From Longimicrobiales bacterium (GTDB lineage: Bacteria > Gemmatimonadota > Gemmatimonadetes > Longimicrobiales > Gaopeijiaceae): a stretch of 64,000 bases of DNA. Of this stretch, positions 17,275 through 25,177 are shown piece after piece. The notes under the pieces were generated by a model, which saw only the letters and a program-made list of their open reading frames with translations, made no database searches and was not told where the DNA came from. Both the position numbers and the translations under genes were made by a program. The stretch spans positions 384,001 to 448,000 of the forward strand of contig CBDFIQ010000001.1 in NCBI GenBank assembly GCA_965248195.1. Direction: 5' to 3'. Positions within the stretch are counted from its first letter, which is position 1. Each line of letters begins with the position of its first letter.

Positions 17275-17386
17275 ATAGACACGAAAAAGCCGCCAGGCTG
17301 TCGGGGGCGGTTGACCGCCGTTGTGGAGTGTTTAAGCTCCACGGTCACCATGGCCCCGTTGGCGCGCCTCGTCAAGTGTGGCGTTC

Positions 17387-17632
17387 TCATCTTGAGCCCC
17401 GTACCCGCGGATTCCGCGGCCGCAGGGGCCCCTCCGGCTCCTGCCACTCGCCACTCTCCAGCAGATCCAGCGCCCGCCCCGCGATCGCTTCGAAATGCCC
17501 TGCACGGTGCCTCAGATCCCGCTTCGCCTCTAGCCGCTCCATCAGTTCGTCATGCGTCCCGTGCGGACAGCCCGTCAGCGTCTGCCGCGCTATACGCTCC
17601 AGCTCGCGCGGTACGAGAGCCTGGTGGCTCAT
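17387..17632 (-). CDS. Phage hypothetical protein
   Basis: ORF track; abuts the upstream ORF. Confidence 0.5.
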   Translation of the reverse strand: MSHQALVPRELERIARQTLTGCPHGTHDELMERLEAKRDLRHRAGHFEAIAGRALDLLESGEWQEPEGPLRPRNPRVRGSR

Positions 17633-17761
17633 TCACTCGCTCCCCTTCGGCAGCAACCGTAGCGCACCGCTTCCGGGTTGCAGCGACATCCGACGCGCTA
17701 CCAGCTCGGCCATCGTGACCACCTCGTTGGATTCATCGTCCCACACTTCCACATGGGTCAT
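17633..17761 (-). CDS. Small phage hypothetical protein (42 aa)
   Basis: MTHVEVWDDESNEVV...KGSE*; fills the gap between neighbouring genes. Confidence 0.4.
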   Translation of the reverse strand: MTHVEVWDDESNEVVTMAELVARRMSLQPGSGALRLLPKGSE

Positions 17762-17762
17762 A

Positions 17763-18386
17763 TCACAGAGCCCCCACGAGCCTTGCAGCGTCAGCGACCA
17801 TCGAGAACTCCTCGTCGGTCCCCCCATAGTCCGGATGCGTGCGCTTCGCTGCCTTGCGGTACGCGGCTTTCGGATTGGACTGCACGTCCTCCAATGAGAG
17901 CCCCGACACACGAGCCAATACCGACTCCGGACTCTCCGCGGACGTCTTCGCCGGGATCTGTAGCCAGCCGGTGTACTGCTCGCCCGTCGTGGTGATGCCG
18001 TAGCGATCGAGCCGGAGGAGATCCTCGAGGCCCTTGGCGATGGCCCTGAGGTTCCCCTTCCACTCTGTGAAAGTGTCGCACGGGTACGAAAGCGGGCCGT
18101 GCTTCGAATCGAACGAGAGGATGATGCCCGGATGCTCAGGCGAGGCCGTCGCCTTGATCCAGCCATCTTTGCGGATGTGGCGACGCTCGACGGCCATCTG
18201 CAGCACGACGCTCTCGGCGTCGAGTTGCCAGAGCTCGTGATCCAGCAGAGACATTGTGGCGTCCCAGTCTACGCCCTGGACGGTGCTGCCCCTCCATCGG
18301 TCGCTCTGCTTCCGAAACGGATGCTGCCGGCGCTCCCCCGTCATCGGGCCCGGCCACCGCTCGATCGGTACGACTTTCCAGTCCAC
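17763..18386 (-). CDS. Phage protein with C-terminal J-domain
   Basis: 'AYRKAAKRTHPDYGGTDEEFSMV' HPD motif; 'CDTFTEWKGNLRAIAKGLEDL..LDRYG'. Confidence 0.85.
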   Translation of the reverse strand: MDWKVVPIERWPGPMTGERRQHPFRKQSDRWRGSTVQGVDWDATMSLLDHELWQLDAESVVLQMAVERRHIRKDGWIKATASPEHPGIILSFDSKHGPLSYPCDTFTEWKGNLRAIAKGLEDLLRLDRYGITTTGEQYTGWLQIPAKTSAESPESVLARVSGLSLEDVQSNPKAAYRKAAKRTHPDYGGTDEEFSMVADAARLVGAL

Positions 18387-18526
18387 TAGGCTCCCTTTTC
18401 TTTAGTCGGGTCCCGTATCTCGCCATCGACCACTTCGTATAGAGCTATCTGAGAGCGCCCGGGAACGTGGCCCACCTCAAACGCGCCGACACCAGTAATC
18501 GTGATCCTCGCAGTCGTCTTTTCCAT
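18386..18526 (-). CDS. Small phage hypothetical protein (46 aa)
   Basis: Not in the ORF track; strong GAGGAGGAG RBS; MEKTTARITITGVGAFEV...EKGA*. Confidence 0.5.
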   Translation of the reverse strand: MEKTTARITITGVGAFEVGHVPGRSQIALYEVVDGEIRDPTKEKGA

Positions 18527-19289
18527 TCACTCCTCCTCGGGGGCTGGTAGAGCACCCACAGCGGTATGGCCTCCAATGCCAATGGGGCTCGTCGTTGTTC
18601 TTCTCGGGCAGGTATTGGCCGTCCACCTTGTCGGGCCGTACCCACTTAGCGAGGAAGTCCACAGCGCCCTTACGCTCCACCCGGTAGACCGCGCCCTCCA
18701 CAACGTCTGCCCCGTGTTGGGACGGTTCGAGCGCCGCCTTCATGGCATCCAATGAGAGAGCACCACCTTCGTGAATCACATAAGGGCGCTGTAGTCCAGC
18801 TTGAGAGGTACGCCAGGCCAACTCAGCGACTGTGACACGCTTGGTTTCCCGCATGAGGTCGAAGACAACAAAGGGTGAGAACCCACCGTGTGCTGTGTCG
18901 TAGATAGTCCCATGGGCGAGGGCCATCCATTCGCCCACCAAACGTTCGCCCTCGTTGAGCAACCCGTTAAAGAGAGAAAGCCGTTCACGCACCCATATCG
19001 CGAAAAGGTGGTGCTGCTCGAATGGTGAGGTTGTTGCAGGATAACCCGCCCGCCCTAGCGCGTGGATTTGCCCGTCTACCTTCGCAACCGCACAGCAGGA
19101 CCCGTCTAGCTTCTCTTGAACAATGATTATGTCGTGGCGGTCACGGGTTAGCTCCAAACAGATACGAGCCTGGCCTTCATGCACATGGTGGTCGCTCGGA
19201 CCCAAGCGGCTCTGCGGAAGGTGACCGATGCTGCCATAGGACTTTCGACCTAACGGCTTGCTCGCTCTCTCACGTCCGGCTTCCATCAC
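18477..19289 (-). CDS. RNA ligase family nucleotidyltransferase
   Basis: Motif I 'QEKLDGS', then 'GEW', 'FVVFDL', 'VEGAVYR', 'AKWV'. Confidence 0.85.
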   Translation of the reverse strand: MMEAGRERASKPLGRKSYGSIGHLPQSRLGPSDHHVHEGQARICLELTRDRHDIIIVQEKLDGSCCAVAKVDGQIHALGRAGYPATTSPFEQHHLFAIWVRERLSLFNGLLNEGERLVGEWMALAHGTIYDTAHGGFSPFVVFDLMRETKRVTVAELAWRTSQAGLQRPYVIHEGGALSLDAMKAALEPSQHGADVVEGAVYRVERKGAVDFLAKWVRPDKVDGQYLPEKNNDEPHWHWRPYRCGCSTSPRGGVNGKDDCEDHDYWCRRV

Positions 19290-19984
19290 TCACCCCCCGC
19301 AGATAGGCCGGTAAACTCGACGACCCACACCCACGGGTTCGTGTCCCACGAGTAGCCGCGCTTGTCGTTGAGGGAGTCCCAGAGCTCACGGAACCCGACG
19401 CCCGGTGGTTCAACCCAGCCAGAGTTCAGGCAGTCGGTGCAGCCGAGCCCGTCCGCGTAGCGGTGGTCACAGCCGACGCCTTCTATGCCTTCGGCAATGC
19501 AGTCAGACTCGGTGGCGTCCTGCACCCGCTCGACCCGGACGGCCGTCACCTCTAGCCAGATGCGGGAGAAGGCTTTCGGCATGTGGAATGATCGACGCCA
19601 CTTACCCCAATGCCCCCAGTGATCAGGCTTGATACCGTCCGCCTGATATTGGATGAACCCCTCGCAATCTTCACCGACGAAGTGGACGGATTCCTTTGGG
19701 GAGAGAACATCGTAGGCGTTCGTAATGCGCCACGTCTCCCGCACGTAGAGCAGGTCGCCGGGCTGAAATGGCAGCCTCACGTCGTGCCAGTCGTTGAGGT
19801 CGTCGTCAACCCGCCACCATGTGCAGATCCATCCCGGACCGATCTGGGGCTCCGTGAACCGCGCCGCTGGCTGGGGCCTCACCACCCTCCGCGTCTGGCT
19901 CTTCCGCCCGTCGAGGACCGCCCGGACCATCTCGGCGGACATCAGGATCGGGCGCTCACGCACTTCGACGGCACTCGCCATCAC
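19286..19984 (-). CDS. Phage ASCH/PUA-like protein
   Basis: 'ERPILMSAEMVRAVLDGRKSQTRR', 'GDLLYVRETW', 'HMPKAFSRI.LEVT.VRVERVQD', 'NPWVWVVEF'. Confidence 0.8.
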   Translation of the reverse strand: MMASAVEVRERPILMSAEMVRAVLDGRKSQTRRVVRPQPAARFTEPQIGPGWICTWWRVDDDLNDWHDVRLPFQPGDLLYVRETWRITNAYDVLSPKESVHFVGEDCEGFIQYQADGIKPDHWGHWGKWRRSFHMPKAFSRIWLEVTAVRVERVQDATESDCIAEGIEGVGCDHRYADGLGCTDCLNSGWVEPPGVGFRELWDSLNDKRGYSWDTNPWVWVVEFTGLSAGGE

Positions 19985-20175
19985 TCACCCCCCAAATCAA
20001 GAGACAGCATCCAAAGGGCGTTCATTGGGACCAATACCGTCCCTGCCCGCAGGCCGTGATCTCCCCATAGCATCTCGAAGCGGGTCCCTCCATACGCTCT
20101 GACGAGCTGCATGATCTCCGCCGCGCTCTGCTCAGGCTCGACCGTGGTGGATTCGTACTTGATCGCCTGGCTCAC
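19981..20175 (-). CDS. Phage hypothetical protein, probably truncated
   Basis: 'YESTTVEPEQSAAEIMQLVRAYGGT' N-terminus with a short unrelated-looking tail; GGAGGTG RBS. Confidence 0.5.
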   Translation of the reverse strand: MSQAIKYESTTVEPEQSAAEIMQLVRAYGGTRFEMLWGDHGLRAGTVLVPMNALWMLSLDLGGE

Positions 20176-20361
20176 GTGCTCACCTCCACGTCGGCCAGAA
20201 GCGGGGCGTCGCCGTGGATCCGGTCTATGAGCTCGCGGAAGCGGTCCGGGCCGGACCTACGCCAATGTGGGGCGTTGTGAAAACCGTTGACAAAGGTACC
20301 GACTTTCGGGACCGCTTCGGGCCTGGAACGACGCGATCCGCTACCTCCGCTACCGTGCGTA

Positions 20362-20706
20362 TTAGGCGTATCTGTGCGGTTTAACGGGTTCTGTGAGGTT
20401 TCTGGGGAGGAACTGGGGGTTCTTGGCGTCGTCGGAGAACGCTCTGCGCAGATGCGAGATCGCTCGAGAGAGCACGTCCTCGGTCGCGACGCCCCAGATG
20501 TCTCTCAGGAGCTCGTCTTTCCCCACTGGGTCACCGGGGTCGCGGGCGAGGCGGAGGAGCACCTTCATGACTTTGGGCTCGACGCGCGTCTCCCCGCCGG
20601 GCCCGCGGATCCGATTGAGCCGCGGATCCACCTCCCAGGTGCCAACCCGGAACGGCTGCGGTTTCGGCGCGGAAGCGCCGCCTGAGGACTCTAACTCGCG
20701 GTTCAT
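20362..20706 (-). pseudogene. Truncated CadC/OmpR-type winged-helix regulator
   Basis: 'EPKVMKVLLRLA...VGKDELLRDIW...LSRAISHLRRAFSDDAKNPQF' breaks before the usual 'ET.PKRGYR' wing. Confidence 0.7.
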
Positions 20707-20946
20707 CAAGGGGTTTACGACGCCAGAACAGCCGTTGTTGAAACGTTGAGGGGCTTCGTCAGAACTCCCTCGGTACACCCTCAGACTTCCTCCAGGGGTG
20801 CCGAGCATCCTCGCCGCTATAGTGGGGTCGCCACCGGCAATATGGCCGGTGGAACTCGGCTCTTCAAGAGCGAGGACACGTGCATCGGGTGCGGCGGCGC
20901 GGACACGTCACCAGAAAACGAGCCCCGTTAGGCGAGGAGAAAGAAG

Positions 20947-21633
20947 ATGAGAGAACTGACGCAACGGACGATCACCGTAAACTCCTCGGCCAGAGCCGAA
21001 TGGCTCGTGATTGCCCTGTTGATCGCGCTCAGCGCCCTCCCGGTCGGGGCCGGCGCCGTCCGCCTGGCCGGGCTTGCCAGCGGCGTGGAAATCACACCGG
21101 AAAACGCGCGGTTCTTCGCCGCCCCCCTGCCCGTGGTGCTGCATATTCTCAGCGTCTTCCCCTACTGCGTTCTGGGTGCTTTCCAATTCTCCCCCAGCAT
21201 ACGCCGCCGGAGACCCGGTTGGCACCGCGGTGCTGGACGACTGTTGGTTCCCCTCGGACTTGTCGCCGCACTTTCGGGTCTGTGGATGACGCAGTTCTAT
21301 CCCCCTGTCGACCACGACGGCCCACTTCTTTATGCCATCCGCATGGTGGCGGGCTCGGCGATGGTTTTGTTCATCTGCCTCGGTTTTGCCGCCATCCGCC
21401 ATCGGGACATCGCCCGGCACCGCGCCTGGATGATGCGTGGCTATGCGATCGGCCTCGGGGCCGGCACACAGGCGCTGACCCATCTGCCCTATTTCCTGTT
21501 CGAAGGCATACAGGGTGAGCTCAGCAGAGCGCTGGCTATGGGCGCGGGCTGGGCGATCAACCTCGCCGTGGCGGAATGGATCATCCGCAGAGGGCTGGCT
21601 CATCCAGTCCGCATTCTCGTTCAGGAGGCGTGA
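20947..21633 (+). CDS. DUF2306-like membrane protein
   Basis: Multiple TM helices; 'WHRGAGR', 'HRAWMMRGYAIG', 'INLAVAEW'. Confidence 0.85.
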   Translation: MRELTQRTITVNSSARAEWLVIALLIALSALPVGAGAVRLAGLASGVEITPENARFFAAPLPVVLHILSVFPYCVLGAFQFSPSIRRRRPGWHRGAGRLLVPLGLVAALSGLWMTQFYPPVDHDGPLLYAIRMVAGSAMVLFICLGFAAIRHRDIARHRAWMMRGYAIGLGAGTQALTHLPYFLFEGIQGELSRALAMGAGWAINLAVAEWIIRRGLAHPVRILVQEA

Positions 21634-21820
21634 GACGCCGTCCTAGCTCCCCCAGTGACGCAGAGTCGCCGGTCCCCCCATCGTAGGTAGGTGACACCTC
21701 ATTCGCGAGGCCACACGTGTTGAACGATCTGTTGCCCCTCTGCTGCCGTTGATTGGGGATCCTCCGTGCTCCGGCGTGAGTATTCAGATAAGTCCTCAAC
21801 TCGGATCCAAGGAGGCGGCC

Positions 21821-22408
21821 ATGAGGCTCTCTCGTGCAGACTTCGTCCCGCTGCTGGCCATCGTAGCCGGTGGGGTGATCGGCGCGTCGTTTACGTTCGG
21901 AGCGCTAGTTTCCCGGTCGCCCGCCGACGATGTGCCCATGCGGTCGCCCGCCGACGATGTGCCCATGCGGTCGCCCGACCGAAAGTCGAGCGTGTTCGAC
22001 GAATGCGCCGACGACCGCGCGGTCCGCCTCCTCGGTTGGGTCGACAGGTGCCCTGACGTCCGCGTGGACGGCTTCGACGGGGAAGTGGATCTATCAGCCG
22101 CTCCCGTGTTCACGCCGATGACCGTCAGGCCGGAGATCAGAAACCGGAGTGAGGTCCAGACAGCCTTGATGAGGGAGTACCCCCCAATTCTTCGGGATGC
22201 CGGAATCGGTGGGACGGTGGTCGTGTGGTTCTTCATTACCGAAGACGGCGTAGTTCAGGACAAGAGGGTGTCTCGGAGTTCAGGTCAGGTGCAGTTCGAC
22301 GAGGCGGCCCTCGAGGTCGCAGACGTTTTCAGATTTTCGCCTGCTCTGAACCGGGACCACAGGGTCCAGGTTTGGATTGAGGTGCCGATTACTTTCCAGG
22401 TCCGGTAG
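21821..22408 (+). CDS. Energy transducer TonB-family protein
   Basis: N-terminal TM anchor; 'YPPILRDAGIGGTVVVWFFI...SSG...DEAAL...FSPA...VPITF'; AAGGAGG RBS; 27-bp tandem duplication at 21914-21967. Confidence 0.85.
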   Translation: MRLSRADFVPLLAIVAGGVIGASFTFGALVSRSPADDVPMRSPADDVPMRSPDRKSSVFDECADDRAVRLLGWVDRCPDVRVDGFDGEVDLSAAPVFTPMTVRPEIRNRSEVQTALMREYPPILRDAGIGGTVVVWFFITEDGVVQDKRVSRSSGQVQFDEAALEVADVFRFSPALNRDHRVQVWIEVPITFQVR

Positions 22409-22501
22409 CGGCTGCGCGCGAGTTCGGTAGGAACCAGATGCCGACGGGGTAGCGCAGCCGCTACACCCCTCCGGCGGTCGTCGTCTGATACGGAGGACCA
22501 C

Positions 22502-22840
22502 ATGAGTGCGCGGGTCCCACTAGCGAGGCGGGTCATAGCCGCACTCCTTCTGGTGCTGCTAAACGCATGTTATAGCTGGCGCACCACAACGATCGGCCCA
22601 GCGCAACTCATTGCTGAAGAGGAGCCGTCGGTTGTTCGGGTCACGCTGACGGACGGAAGGCAACTGACCTTGCGCGATCCGACCATCCGAAACGACTCCC
22701 TTGTTCACGAGAATGGTAGGGCGCGGGTAGTCCTCTCTGATGTCAGCGCGGTCGAGATCTGGCACTTCAGTGTAGCGAAGACCATCGGGATCATTATTCC
22801 TTTTCTCTTCGCGCCGCCCCTGATTGAGGGAGCCAGGTAG
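22502..22840 (+). CDS. Hypothetical lipoprotein
   Basis: Lipobox 'LNAC'; GGAGG RBS. Confidence 0.7.
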   Translation: MSARVPLARRVIAALLLVLLNACYSWRTTTIGPAQLIAEEEPSVVRVTLTDGRQLTLRDPTIRNDSLVHENGRARVVLSDVSAVEIWHFSVAKTIGIIIPFLFAPPLIEGAR

Positions 22841-23064
22841 AGGTAGAGCCTACGCGGACGCCTGAAATGGGTCATCCACGGGTACGATTCGACGAGCTGA
22901 CGGAGGCGGCGGGCGGCGCCAACCCTCAGCTCGTAGCCCATAGCTCACAGCTCATCTGGCGGGTACAAAGAATTCGTCTCATCTTGCTGACGCGGGCGGG
23001 CAAGCCACGGTTCGCTCCTTCGTTTACGCACTGAGTTGAGTTTGACGCTCAGCAGGAGGTTGTC

Positions 23065-23716
23065 ATGAGATTCTCGACTGGTCTGGCTCTTTTGGTGGCA
23101 GTTGGCGTCGTTGCGACCAGCGACCCAGCCGTTGCACAGGAGAGCGCATCACACCGACATATGGGACACGTTTCGGATGGGTTCCGAGGCACTCCGGAGG
23201 GCCAGGGGTTGCTTCCGACTGCCGCCGCTGAGGCGCAGGTCGCTGCCACACACGCGGGCCTGGCTCTGCGGAACCCCGACGACCTGGGCGCGATTCAGCG
23301 GCACATCGGGCATGTCATGAATGCGATCGATCCCACTGTGGAGGAGTCCGGTCCGGGAAACGGGTACGGTCTGGTCCAGGCTGCCCAAGGCGTGGCGAGG
23401 CACATCGGCCTCGCGGCCAACTCCGATGGCGCGTCGGACAACATCAAGACCCACGCAAACCACGTGTCGACGGCTGCGAACAACGTTGTGGCGTGGGGCC
23501 AGCATGTGCTGGAACTCGGCGAGCAGGTCAAGAACGCCGAGTCGGCTGGCGCCGCCGCAGAACTCGCGCAGGAAATTCAGACGGCCATTCAAGCCATCGT
23601 CGATGGGACCGACGCGGATGGAAACGGTCGCACCAGCTGGAGCGAAGGGGAGGGGGGGGCTGGCTCAAGGCGAGCAGCACATGGGTCTCATGAAGCGGGG
23701 TGAGGGAATGAACTGA
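23065..23716 (+). CDS. Secreted helical His-rich hypothetical protein, frameshifted near the 3' end
   Basis: Signal peptide; G8 run at 23652-23659; removing one G gives 'EGGLAQGEQHMGLMKRGEGMN*' ending at 23716. Confidence 0.7.
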
Positions 23717-23831
23717 GTGGGCTTTGAGCTGTGAGCCGTGAGCTAGTGATGCCTTGGCGATGGCGGTGCGCCGAGGCACTACCTGTCATTTGGGGCGTTC
23801 GGCGGGTCTGTACGACAAGGAGGAAACGATC

Positions 23832-25001
23832 ATGAGAACGCGCCGCACGCCGACTCCGGTAGCCATCCTCGTTATGACAGCTTGCGGGGCGCTGGCGCCC
23901 CCGGCCGTCGTCCGTGCGGCTCCACAGCAAGCCGCCCCGAGCACCCCTACCCCCGCCGCCGACTTGCGCGTCGAGACGCTCGCTTCGGGTCTCGACACCC
24001 CTTGGGATCTTGCCTGGGGTCCCGACGCTGCGATCTGGTTTACGGAGCGAGCAGGTCGTGTATCTCGGGTAGATCCGGAGACAGGAGCGATCACGCTCGT
24101 GGCCGAGATTGCCGTACACGAGCGGGGCGAGAGCGGCCTGATGGGCATGGCCTTCCACCCGGATTTCGAACAGGAGCCCTACGTCTACCTAGCTCACTCG
24201 TATGCCGCCGGGAACGGTATCGAGAATCGCCTGATCCGCATGCGCTACGAGGGGGGACGCCTGACCGCTCGGGAGACTCTCGTCGATGGGATTACCGGGC
24301 GTCGCAACCACGACGGGTCGAGGCTCGTCGTCGGCCCGGACGGATTCTTGTACATGACCATGGGGGACGCCGGAAGCCGTCCCATGGCCCAGGACCTCGG
24401 CTCTCTGTCTGGCAAGGTCCTGCGGCTCACGCTGGACGGAGGGCCGGCTCCCGGAAATCCGTTCGGGACGCGTGTCTACTCTTATGGCCACCGGAACCCG
24501 CAGGGCATCGTCTTCAACCCCGAGACGGGTGACCTGTACGTCGCCGAGCACGGGCCCAGAACGAACGACGAGGTGATGCGGGTCGAGATGGGCGGCGACC
24601 ACGGGTGGCCGTCCGTCCACGGCTTCTGTGATGGAGACGTGGATGACGAGGAGGACTACTGCGACGACAACGACGTGGTAGAGCCGCTCGAGGCGTGGAC
24701 GCCGACCGTGGGGATCTCCGGCCTCGACTACTACGGGTCGGACCGGATCCCCGCGTGGAATGGAAGCCTCCTCGTCACCTCACTGCGGGGCGCGGCACTC
24801 TGGCGGCTCGAGTTGTCGGAAGACGGCCGCTCGGTCGTGAGCACCGACGCAATCTACCGCGGCGACTACGGTCGCCTGCGAGACGTTCTGGTGGGTCCTG
24901 ACGGCGAAGTGTACATCGCTACGAGCAACGAGGACGGGCGCGGCCGGCCGGGGTCGGACGACGACCGGATCCTGAAGATCACGCGGCGGGGCGTGAGCTA
25001 G
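23832..25001 (+). CDS. PQQ-dependent sugar dehydrogenase (GSDH/sorbosone family)
   Basis: 'GLDTPWDLAWGPD', 'GLMGMAFHPDF', 'HDGSRL', 'YSYGHRNPQG', 'GRLRDV'. Confidence 0.93.
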   Translation: MRTRRTPTPVAILVMTACGALAPPAVVRAAPQQAAPSTPTPAADLRVETLASGLDTPWDLAWGPDAAIWFTERAGRVSRVDPETGAITLVAEIAVHERGESGLMGMAFHPDFEQEPYVYLAHSYAAGNGIENRLIRMRYEGGRLTARETLVDGITGRRNHDGSRLVVGPDGFLYMTMGDAGSRPMAQDLGSLSGKVLRLTLDGGPAPGNPFGTRVYSYGHRNPQGIVFNPETGDLYVAEHGPRTNDEVMRVEMGGDHGWPSVHGFCDGDVDDEEDYCDDNDVVEPLEAWTPTVGISGLDYYGSDRIPAWNGSLLVTSLRGAALWRLELSEDGRSVVSTDAIYRGDYGRLRDVLVGPDGEVYIATSNEDGRGRPGSDDDRILKITRRGVS

Positions 25002-25066
25002 CCGGTGTTACGTCCGGCGCTCTTCGCGCTGGGGCTGCCGTTGGTGTTGCTCTAGACTGACGAGCT

Positions 25067-25102
25067 TCTGCTTGCGCCTACCGGCCCACTCTCGGATGTT
25101 GA
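25067..25102 (+). repeat. Repeat A copy 1 (36-bp promoter-like core), preceded by gene X 3' fragment at 25021-25058
   Basis: TCTGCTTGCGCCTACCGGCCCACTCTCGGATGTTGA; also at 54110, 59875 and 63883. Confidence 0.9.
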
Positions 25103-25177
25103 CGTCGGTTTGGGCCCGGAGAAGCAGGCCTCGCAAGGGGTGGCAAGACGTGCGACACACGCCAAGGGGACGACATC

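Larger units (their letters stand above)
1..20260 (-). mobile_element. Lambda-like prophage segment (head/packaging, late leader, moron, replication/early genes); runs off the left edge and is truncated on the right
   Basis: Co-oriented terminase, portal, protease-capsid, gpW-like, replication initiator and DnaB-like genes with tight ATGA-type overlaps; cos-like site; phage-type genes stop at about 20,260. Confidence 0.93.

Noticed and set aside
20261..20750. IS terminal inverted repeats around the prophage junction
   Set aside because: No convincing inverted pair or transposase found by eye
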